Part shown: one piece after another, positions 1 through 4,976 of the stretch
Layout of the letters: every line of letters starts with the position of its first letter
How positions within the stretch are numbered: the first letter of the stretch is position 1
IMG/VR virus record: IMGVR_UViG_2734482004_000002
Length of the DNA stretch: 5,051 nt
Strand: one strand, 5' to 3'
Source: a virus
Lineage: Duplodnaviria > Heunggongvirae > Uroviricota > Caudoviricetes
Notes under the pieces: generated by a model
What the model was told of the DNA's origin: nothing
The model's database searches: none
The model's input: the letters and a program-made list of their open reading frames with translations, nothing else
Made by a program: the position numbers and the translations under genes

Positions 1-1
1 G

Positions 2-352
2 CGTCACTGTACGTTGCTCCATGACAGACAGGCATGGAGCAACGACTCCGGTACGGATGAATGGCATAGTTGGGCGCAACATTATGCGGTTAATTTGCCG
101 ACATCTTCTGGAATTGGCTTTGATCGCTCTGATTTAGCCGTTATCGCCGCGATGAATCATATTGGGGTGGCGATGGGAAGGAAACGTCTGGTACAAAAAA
201 GGCTTGCCAGTGGTGAGCTCGTCGCGCCGTTTGGCGATATGACGGTGAAATGCCATCAGCATTATTACATCACTACATTACCGGGCAGGCAGTGGCCAAA
301 AATTGAGGCATTTATTACTTGGTTAAGAGAACAGGTAAAAACCACTTCATAA
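2..352 (+). CDS. dsdC: LysR-family transcriptional regulator, C-terminal effector-binding part only; 5' end lies outside the window. Probably the host gene flanking the prophage.
   Basis: Open frame runs from the window edge (codons in register with 14..352, no upstream stop) to a stop at 350-352. The translated C-terminus is LysR-like by eye. The dsdC name is by locus context only (tRNA-Arg-type att core plus torI-like gene next door, as at the E. coli K-12 argW/KplE1/dsdC locus), not by sequence match. Confidence 0.5.
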   Translation, partial: RHCTLLHDRQAWSNDSGTDEWHSWAQHYAVNLPTSSGIGFDRSDLAVIAAMNHIGVAMGRKRLVQKRLASGELVAPFGDMTVKCHQHYYITTLPGRQWPKIEAFITWLREQVKTTS

Positions 353-450
353 TGAATAAGACCACGAGTTCCTGGTGTGCCTTATTCGGCATTGCTAGTG
401 CGAATTTAATAATTTACGGTTTTTACGTGGTTTTAGGGATAAACACAAGA

Positions 451-466
451 ATGGTGTCCCCTGCAG
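451..466 (-). other. 16-nt tRNA 3'-end segment (T-stem 3' strand, acceptor 3' strand, discriminator, CCA); probable prophage attachment core (attR)
   Basis: Minus strand reads CTGCAGGGGACACCAT: a 7-nt acceptor strand AGGGGAC, A, CCA preceded by CTGC. Not part of an intact tRNA here; the flanking sequence at 467 onward is unrelated. Matches my recollection of the E. coli tRNA-Arg (argW) 3' end. Confidence 0.5.
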
Positions 467-523
467 ACATCTACTTGAGGCGGCAGGGGATTGATTGGAA
501 TGGTGTTTTTTAGATGTGAGAAA

Positions 524-545
524 TATTTTACCCGCTATTTTACCC
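524..545. promoter_or_regulatory. Two 10-bp direct repeats TATTTTACCC (524-533 and 536-545, 12-bp period) between the att core and the excisionase gene; candidate excisionase/integrase arm-type binding sites
   Basis: Exact direct repeat read from the sequence, about one helical turn apart; the second copy overlaps the stop codon of the 540-740 gene. Binding function is inference only. Confidence 0.2.
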
Positions 546-740
546 ATTGGCGCGGCTTAAGAGCTTATTTTTGAATTCACAATGGTCACGATATAACCAT
601 CTTGCTCGCCCGTGGATAACTTTGGCTTTTGGCAGGTCGCCGGACTTAATCCGGTCATAGATGAAGGTTTTACCGAAGCCAGTATCGGCCATGATGAATT
701 TCAAATCAACCAGTGAATCAGGTTGTAGTTCGTGTTGCAT
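540..740 (-). CDS. torI: AlpA/TorI-family excisionase (recombination directionality factor), 66 aa
   Basis: ORF MQHELQPDSLVDLKFIMADTGFGKTFIYDRIKSGDLPKAKVIHGRARWLYRDHCEFKNKLLSRANG has the AlpA-type winged-helix pattern. GGAGA Shine-Dalgarno 9 nt before the ATG at 740. Size and position next to an argW-type att core match KplE1 TorI as I recall it. Confidence 0.7.
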   Translation of the reverse strand: MQHELQPDSLVDLKFIMADTGFGKTFIYDRIKSGDLPKAKVIHGRARWLYRDHCEFKNKLLSRANG

Positions 741-759
741 GAGTGCTATCTCCGAATAG

Positions 760-775
760 GGAATCGAACCTGCAA
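760..775 (-). other. tRNA T-arm fragment (TTGCAGGTTCGATTCC on minus strand), displaced 294 bp from the tRNA 3' end at 451-466
   Basis: Contains the canonical T-loop GGTTCGATTCC. Its 5' T-stem strand GCAGG is exactly complementary to CCTGC formed by joining to the 451-466 segment. Not a functional tRNA on its own. Confidence 0.45.
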
Positions 776-780
776 ATCAG

Positions 781-808
781 GCAATAAAAAACCGCCATCA
801 GGCGGCTT
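781..808 (-). terminator. Rho-independent terminator at the end of the leftward early operon
   Basis: Minus strand GCCGCC-TGAT-GGCGG followed by TTTTTTATT, directly after the stop of the last operon ORF (TGA sits in the loop). Confidence 0.55.
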
Positions 809-1026
809 GGTGTTCTTTCAGTTCTTCAATTCGAATATTAGTTACGTCTGCATGTGCTATCTGCGCCCACAGCATCCAGGGGTCATAGCAGTCGTTGATG
901 TTCTCTGCTTCGATAACTCTGTTGAATGGCTCTCCATTCCATTCACCNNNNNNNNNNGATGTTCTCTGCTTCGATAACTCTGTTGAATGGCTCTCCATTC
1001 CATTCACCTGTGACTCGGAAGTGCAT
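798..1026 (-). CDS. Small hypothetical phage protein, about 55 aa once the duplicated gap is collapsed; reading frame is interrupted by the assembly gap in the given coordinates
   Basis: ATG at 1026-1024 with GGAGA Shine-Dalgarno 7 nt upstream. If 948-1008 (gap plus second repeat copy) is removed, the frame continues as MHFRVTGEWNGEPFNRVIEAENINDCYDPWMLWAQIAHADVTNIRIEELKEHQAA and stops at 798-800 inside the terminator hairpin. A competing 62-aa frame from ATG 1106 exists. Confidence 0.3.
897..1008. repeat. 51-bp exact direct duplication (897-947 and 958-1008) flanking a run of 10 N (948-957); probable scaffold or assembly artifact
   Basis: Both copies read GATGTTCTCTGCTTCGATAACTCTGTTGAATGGCTCTCCATTCCATTCACC. 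Overlapping contig ends joined by N's is the usual cause. Confidence 0.7.
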
Positions 1027-1067
1027 TTATCATCTCCATAAAACAAAACCCGCCGTAGCGAGTTCAG

Positions 1068-1094
1068 ATAAAAGAAATCCCCGCGAGTGCGAGG
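1068..1094 (-). terminator. Possible weak intrinsic terminator or attenuator hairpin just downstream of the ASCH-like gene
   Basis: Minus strand CCTCGC-ACTC-GCGGGG (6-bp stem with one G-U pair) followed by ATTTCTTTTAT. Weak U-tract; lies inside the operon. Confidence 0.25.
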
Positions 1095-1098
1095 ATTA

Positions 1099-1383
1099 TC
1101 ATTCATTGTCGATATTCACCTTTATAGCGAACACCTTTACCGGTTTATCGCCGAAGTGCGGATGTGTGATTGTCTTGATTTCATATCCACCATACGGAAC
1201 ATCAATTCTGCGGCTGGAATCGTCGCGCTTCGGATATCCCTTCGTGATAATCAGGCGGTCATACTCGCGGAACATAATTCGCTTATTCCAGTAGTCATTA
1301 CACAGGCGATACTCTTCCGTTTTCTCTCCGCGAATCATGGCATCGAAGTATTCACCTTTGACGGCAAGTTGCAGGTTAGCCAC
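1099..1383 (-). CDS. ASCH-domain (PUA-like fold) protein, 94 aa
   Basis: N-terminus MANLQLAVKGEYFDAMIRGEKTEEYRLCNDYW fits the ASCH signature by eye. Start overlaps the upstream ORF by 8 nt. Confidence 0.55.
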   Translation of the reverse strand: MANLQLAVKGEYFDAMIRGEKTEEYRLCNDYWNKRIMFREYDRLIITKGYPKRDDSSRRIDVPYGGYEIKTITHPHFGDKPVKVFAIKVNIDNE

Positions 1384-1663
1384 GACCTTCCTCCTTTGGC
1401 TTGTGAATTTGTATCGTCATGCCGCTTTGAGTGGTGACTACAACGACAGAACCAGGCTTAAGGCTGTTAAGATTGAATGCTTCGTAAAACGAATCCAAGG
1501 CCAGCGCTTTTTTATTCTTCCGGTTCCACCAACGCCATCCATTGCTACAGGCTACACTGACAATCCACTGTCCACTCCTGTAAGCCATATAAAACCAGAT
1601 GAGCAAAACCTGAATGAATGCTATCCAGTCAATAATCGTATATTTCGCGAAGGAGACCATCAA
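1376..1663 (-). CDS. Small membrane protein of unknown function, 95 aa
   Basis: ATGA start/stop overlap with the upstream gene. Hydrophobic segment IIDWIAFIQVLLIWFYMAY followed by a Trp/Arg/Lys-rich stretch WRWWNRKNKK. No family recognised. Confidence 0.55.
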   Translation of the reverse strand: MMVSFAKYTIIDWIAFIQVLLIWFYMAYRSGQWIVSVACSNGWRWWNRKNKKALALDSFYEAFNLNSLKPGSVVVVTTQSGMTIQIHKPKEEGRG

Positions 1664-2232
1664 TTAACCTCCTGCGGCGGTTCCGGTAGAGGCATCCAGT
1701 ACAAGGCGTTCCCTAACCACGATAAAGTGCCGTCGCTCAACTCCACGTATTCCCCTTGTACCTGTCCTGCCATATACTCGCCGTGCTTTGAATAAATTAA
1801 AATCCAATCATCTTGAGCGGGCATTCGCTCACTACAGCTTATCCAACCATCCGGAGTTACCGGATAGTTGCCCGACAGCTCGTTCAACTTGTAAGTTTGG
1901 CTTACAGGTTCGGCTTCCAGTTCTGCAATGCGCTTCTCTGCAGCTTCCAGCTCAACGCGCAGCTTCCCTACCGTTAGCGCAATTTCCTCGTTCTCCTGGT
2001 CGCGGCGTTTGATGTATTGCTGGTTTCTTTCCCGTTCATCCAGCAGCGCCAGCACGGTTTCTGGTCCGGTCAGAAATTTGAAGGCGTTGAGCGCATCAAT
2101 ATCCACACCGTAATCCTTAAGTTCCTGTTCACTTAACAAATCATCATCAACTGGCAACATTAACAGGCGTTCCATTGCCGGAATTGCACGTTCTGCCGCC
2201 TCACGCAGTGCCTGATAGTTAATTTTGGTCAT
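1660..2232 (-). CDS. Ea22-like prophage protein with C-terminal DUF551 domain, 190 aa
   Basis: N-terminus MTKINYQALREAAERA and C-terminal WISCSERMPAQDDWILIYSKHGEYMAGQVQGEYVELSDGTLSWLGNALYWMPLPEPP are typical of the ead/Ea22-like family. GGGGGA Shine-Dalgarno 6 nt before the ATG. Confidence 0.75.
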   Translation of the reverse strand: MTKINYQALREAAERAIPAMERLLMLPVDDDLLSEQELKDYGVDIDALNAFKFLTGPETVLALLDERERNQQYIKRRDQENEEIALTVGKLRVELEAAEKRIAELEAEPVSQTYKLNELSGNYPVTPDGWISCSERMPAQDDWILIYSKHGEYMAGQVQGEYVELSDGTLSWLGNALYWMPLPEPPQEVN

Positions 2233-2233
2233 A

Positions 2234-2533
2234 TCACATCCCCCTGAAGCCGTTGCATTTACGTAAAAAATCGCAGATATAGCCCTTCATTTTTTCGTGC
2301 CAATCTCGATCATTCCCATTGCACCAACCATCAGGTGGAGTCCAGTTTTCTATCAGAGCAGCCATTTTCTTTGCTTTCGCCGGAGTAGCTGTTGCGGTAT
2401 CGCAGTAATGACGAGTGTCAACCAACGTATCCATACCATCGATATCAAGTACGCAAAACCATGTGTGATTCGGCATTTCAACAGATGGTATTTGTTGCCC
2501 ACGTCGACGTTTATCAATAAGACATACAGTCAC
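2234..2533 (-). CDS. Hypothetical Cys-rich phage protein, 99 aa
   Basis: ATGA overlap with the upstream gene stop. Six Cys, three His and four Trp in 99 residues. An alternative internal start at MPNHTW is possible. No family recognised. Confidence 0.55.
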   Translation of the reverse strand: MTVCLIDKRRRGQQIPSVEMPNHTWFCVLDIDGMDTLVDTRHYCDTATATPAKAKKMAALIENWTPPDGWCNGNDRDWHEKMKGYICDFLRKCNGFRGM

Positions 2534-3066
2534 TGGTTGCCTCCTTTGCGAAGCTGGGCAGCAAAGTCAACTAACCACTCAGTCATTTCAACCTTCCCTA
2601 CCAGGTCTGAACCAGGGTGCATACAGCAATCACTCTGCGCCGCTTTGAAATCCTTATACTCATATTCTTGGGCCACCAGATTTTTTGCAGCTTCTATAGC
2701 AGCATCCACCCCCTGCGCCCGCACTTCAGCCAGAAAAGCATCGGTGGCTGGGGTTTCAGTAACATCATCTTCCCATTCGCTAAACTCCTCACGACAAAAG
2801 TCATTAAATTCCTTCTCAGATTGCTTAAGTGAGGTATTTTCAGCAGCCATCTTCGCGCATTTAGCCTCAAGGTTATCAATCGTGATTCCAGCAGAACTAC
2901 ACTCCCGCAACGCCGTTTCCAGTTTTGATTCAAGTTCGCCGAACTTACGGACAAGGTATTCAGCGTTTGTTTCGTTAACCTTTAAATCACTTGGGATGCA
3001 TTTACCTTTCAGAAAACCATCCATCTCAATTAGTGACATTTGTTTCATTTCTTCCCACTCCGCCAC
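2530..3066 (-). CDS. Hypothetical acidic, probably coiled-coil phage protein, 178 aa from the GTG start (about 172 aa if the ATG at 3048 is used); possibly Ea22-like N-terminal type
   Basis: Long minus-strand ORF in the operon. The 3066 start is GTG; in-frame ATGs at 3048 and 3039 are alternatives. Glu/Ala/Lys-rich sequence. Confidence 0.6.
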   Translation of the reverse strand: MAEWEEMKQMSLIEMDGFLKGKCIPSDLKVNETNAEYLVRKFGELESKLETALRECSSAGITIDNLEAKCAKMAAENTSLKQSEKEFNDFCREEFSEWEDDVTETPATDAFLAEVRAQGVDAAIEAAKNLVAQEYEYKDFKAAQSDCCMHPGSDLVGKVEMTEWLVDFAAQLRKGGNQ

Positions 3067-3142
3067 ATCGCATTCAGATATTTGTTGTCATTAACAGAAC
3101 CGAAACTCTTTCTCTTAAGCAAGTCCTCTCATGGTAAATTCC

Positions 3143-3439
3143 TCAGTCATTACTGATAGCGCCATAGCGTGAGCGGTAATTACGCAGGCGCGGGTCGATA
3201 TATTCAGGGAAGTGGGTATATGTGGCTTTGCGGAATGGTCGGATTGATGTCTGGTAAATTCGCTCGCGTTCTTCTTTCTCTGCAAGCCATATACAGTGGC
3301 GAAATTCCTTTTCCTCTTTCGTTTCCTGCGGTAGAGACATTATTCGATCGTAGTTTTTTCTGAATTTATCCAGCACCTCCGATACGGAATTGCCGGAACA
3401 GCGGCGCGGGTCATCCGCACCATACAAAGGCGCTGGCAT
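3143..3439 (-). CDS. Hypothetical 98-aa phage protein; sits where P22 has abc2 (anti-RecBCD), but homology is not shown
   Basis: Good Shine-Dalgarno AAGGA 7 nt before the ATG at 3439. Sequence MPAPLYGADDPRRCSGNSVSEVLDKFRKNYDRIMSLPQETKEEKEFRHCIWLAEKEERERIYQTSIRPFRKATYTHFPEYIDPRLRNYRSRYGAISND. The Abc2 suggestion rests on gene order and size only. Confidence 0.65.
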   Translation of the reverse strand: MPAPLYGADDPRRCSGNSVSEVLDKFRKNYDRIMSLPQETKEEKEFRHCIWLAEKEERERIYQTSIRPFRKATYTHFPEYIDPRLRNYRSRYGAISND

Positions 3440-3462
3440 AATTAAATCCTTATTTTTCTAAA

Positions 3463-3846
3463 TCAGAATGGGATGGAATCGTCGTATTCAGGATTATTTT
3501 GATGATTGCTACTTTGCTGCTGTTGGCTGTTTCCTGAAGTTGCAAATCCAATCTTTGCATTCAGTAATTCAAGAGTGATTGATTGACCATTTTGCCCCTG
3601 ATAAACATCAACCCTGATGTTTTCTCCGGTAATTTCTACAATGCCTCCTTCAACCAGAACGCTACGATAGTAATCCGCTTGCGCTCCCGGCTTGGCAAAT
3701 ACAACGGCGCTGTAGTTTGTCCATTCTTTCTTTTTTGTCTGGCGATCGTAATACTGAACGCCAGCACGGATGTTGAATCCGATATTTTCCCCGCCCTGAA
3801 ACTCTCTTGCGGGTTTGTTTAGTCTTACTGTAATCGAATGTGCCAT
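3463..3846 (-). CDS. ssb: Phage single-stranded DNA-binding protein (SSB-like OB-fold with acidic C-terminal tail), 127 aa
   Basis: Start ATG shares TAATG with the erf stop. OB-fold-like pattern (KKEWTNYSAVVFAK, VLVEGGIVEITGENIRVDVY), a Gln-rich linker and a C-terminal DDSIPF resembling the DDDIPF tail of bacterial SSB. The ORF track's longer 157-aa version is an upstream extension overlapping erf. Confidence 0.7.
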   Translation of the reverse strand: MAHSITVRLNKPAREFQGGENIGFNIRAGVQYYDRQTKKKEWTNYSAVVFAKPGAQADYYRSVLVEGGIVEITGENIRVDVYQGQNGQSITLELLNAKIGFATSGNSQQQQSSNHQNNPEYDDSIPF

Positions 3847-4451
3847 TAAGCAGTTGCCCCTTCTAATTCGTCTCGTCTGATGTTGTAAACGTCCTGCGCT
3901 TTGTGCTGCTCCGGCGTCCCTTCGAGCATCTTCCACGCTTTGGCGAACGCCTGTTTAAGCTCTTCTACGGTGTTTTTCTGCATTGCTGCGTCAGTGAATG
4001 CTTTTAGAACCTGTTCAGGTGTAAGTGATGGTTTTGATTGCTTTGCTGCTGCGTTCTGCTGATGTTTATGCTCGTCTGTATCTGCATCTTTCGCATCATC
4101 AATGCCGAACAAACCATTGAGGCAATACTTGCGTGCATAAGAGCTTGTAGCTCCCGTAACTTGTGCAGAATCCATTCCTTTCTTGCTTTCTTCCTCTCGT
4201 GCAAGAGCGGTTGCCGTATGACTGTTTTCGCCATCGGTAATAGTTGCCGTGGCTTTCACGTAATACCGATCACCAATCAACACAACTTCATCGCTGATTG
4301 ATAAAAACAGACCGTTCAGTAACGGCTTAACGCCTTCAAGAATATCTTCGCAGCTTCTGTATTTATATTTGCCGAATGAGTTGTACTGATTCTTTGGCGC
4401 GTTCAGATTCTCCTGAATAGCTGCCAGTCTTGCGTAAAATTCTTTGCTCAT
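3846..4451 (-). CDS. erf: Erf-family single-strand annealing recombinase (P22 Erf-like), 201 aa
   Basis: MSKEFYARLAAIQENLNAPKNQYNSFGKYKYRSCEDILEGVKPLLNGLFLS and SSYARKYCLNGLFGIDD are hallmark Erf sequences. True start is the ATG at 4451 with GAGAG upstream; the track's TTG start at 4481 adds 10 residues. Confidence 0.85.
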   Translation of the reverse strand: MSKEFYARLAAIQENLNAPKNQYNSFGKYKYRSCEDILEGVKPLLNGLFLSISDEVVLIGDRYYVKATATITDGENSHTATALAREEESKKGMDSAQVTGATSSYARKYCLNGLFGIDDAKDADTDEHKHQQNAAAKQSKPSLTPEQVLKAFTDAAMQKNTVEELKQAFAKAWKMLEGTPEQHKAQDVYNIRRDELEGATA

Positions 4452-4552
4452 ATGATTGCTCTCAGAATGGACACGGCCCAAGGAAATAACGCTGATTTAA
4501 TACTTCGACTCGGGACAAATTAAGGCATACCCGCATTCCTTCGCGGTCACCA

Positions 4553-4711
4553 TTATGGCGATACCAGAGAGCTTTCTGCGTGTACATGCGTCTCTGTAAC
4601 TTGCTCTCCTTCACTGTGGTTGCAAGTGACATGAATATCTCCTTCGTTACCGATTAATTCTTTAATCTGACGAATGAATTCTTCGTCTGACCAGTTATCT
4701 GTAAAACTCAT
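4553..4711 (-). CDS. Small acidic hypothetical protein, 52 aa, in the positional slot of P22 arf (accessory recombination function)
   Basis: Found by hand translation; not in the supplied ORF track. ATGA overlap with the kil-like stop. MSFTDNWSDEEFIRQIKELIGNEGDIHVTCNHSEGEQVTETHVHAESSLVSP. The arf assignment is positional only. Confidence 0.4.
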   Translation of the reverse strand: MSFTDNWSDEEFIRQIKELIGNEGDIHVTCNHSEGEQVTETHVHAESSLVSP

Positions 4712-4860
4712 TTCCTGCGATACCACGGAAGGTTGATAGCTGATTTCATCGCTTTATTTGCTTCAAGCCACATTTTGGAATCACCAATAAATCTGGCTAT
4801 TACTGCTTTGTTCTGTGCAGCACGAAGCATCTGGTGATTGATGGCTATTTCATTGCGCAT
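4708..4860 (-). CDS. kil: Kil-like host cell-division inhibitor, 50 aa
   Basis: Hand-translated MRNEIAINHQMLRAAQNKAVIARFIGDSKMWLEANKAMKSAINLPWYRRK. The IARFIGDSKM motif resembles lambda/Rac Kil, and it lies directly downstream of cIII as in lambda and P22. Confidence 0.5.
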   Translation of the reverse strand: MRNEIAINHQMLRAAQNKAVIARFIGDSKMWLEANKAMKSAINLPWYRRK

Positions 4861-4976
4861 AATAAGACCTCAACTCTTTTCCATCCGTCACGTAATTTAC
4901 GGGTGATTCGTTCAAGTAAAGATTCATTTAGTTGGAAGGCACCCATGCGAGCGCCTCCCGCGATTGCGTAAATCAT
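4845..4976 (-). CDS. cIII: cIII-like protein (FtsH inhibitor that stabilises CII), 43 aa
   Basis: Hand-translated MIYAIAGGARMGAFQLNESLLERITRKLRDGWKRVEVLLCAMK. The core ESLLERITRKLRDGWKR matches the conserved lambda CIII helix. AAGGAA Shine-Dalgarno 6 nt before the ATG. Overlaps the kil-like start by 16 nt. Confidence 0.75.
   Translation of the reverse strand: MIYAIAGGARMGAFQLNESLLERITRKLRDGWKRVEVLLCAMK

Noticed and set aside
14-352. ORF track gives the first gene a TTG start at 14 (112 aa).
   Set aside because: The frame is open back to the window edge with no upstream stop, and a LysR C-terminal domain cannot begin here. It is a 5'-truncated gene, not a complete ORF.
319-513. 64-aa plus-strand ORF across the dsdC-like stop and the att core.
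   Set aside because: It runs through the tRNA-derived att core and AT-rich intergenic DNA, has no recognisable ribosome-binding site and a hydrophobic low-complexity translation.
740-780. Possible intact tRNA gene on the minus strand.
   Set aside because: Only 16 nt of T-arm are present. The would-be 3' T-stem partner does not pair locally (2 of 5 bp) and there is no D-arm or anticodon arm. It is a fragment.
798-1106. 102-aa minus-strand ORF from the track.
   Set aside because: It is a fusion of two reading frames created by the 51-bp duplication and N gap, not a real protein as written.
732-1795. Plus-strand ORFs 732..977, 926..1294, 1087..1437 and 1337..1795.
   Set aside because: All are antisense to the packed minus-strand operon; two run through the N gap; none has overlap-type coupling or a clear ribosome-binding site.
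2694-2954. 86-aa minus-strand ORF inside the 178-aa gene.
   Set aside because: Same strand but an alternative frame fully embedded in a longer coupled ORF, with an Arg/Leu-rich composition.
1788-3094. Plus-strand ORFs 1788..2012, 1928..2113, 2297..3094 (265 aa) and 2617..2832.
   Set aside because: Antisense to well-supported minus-strand genes. The 265-aa frame is Ser-rich low-complexity, typical of the reverse strand of acidic, Glu/Ala-rich coding sequence.
3169-3822. Plus-strand ORFs 3169..3363 and 3583..3822.
   Set aside because: Antisense to the 98-aa and SSB-like genes, with no start context.
3847-3936. N-terminal extension of the SSB-like ORF to 157 aa.
   Set aside because: The extension overlaps the 3' end of erf in another frame. 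The internal ATG at 3846 gives an OB-fold starting MAHSITV and shares TAATG with the erf stop.
4004-4301. ORFs 4004..4234 (-) and 4038..4301 (+) inside erf.
   Set aside because: Alternative or antisense frames within a gene that has a strong family signature.
4452-4481. TTG-initiated 10-residue extension of erf.
   Set aside because: The ATG at 4451 with GAGAG upstream reproduces the canonical Erf N-terminus MSKEFYARL.
4497-4553. 18-aa minus-strand ORF in the gap between the 52-aa ORF and erf.
   Set aside because: Too short and without a convincing ribosome-binding site; treated as intergenic.
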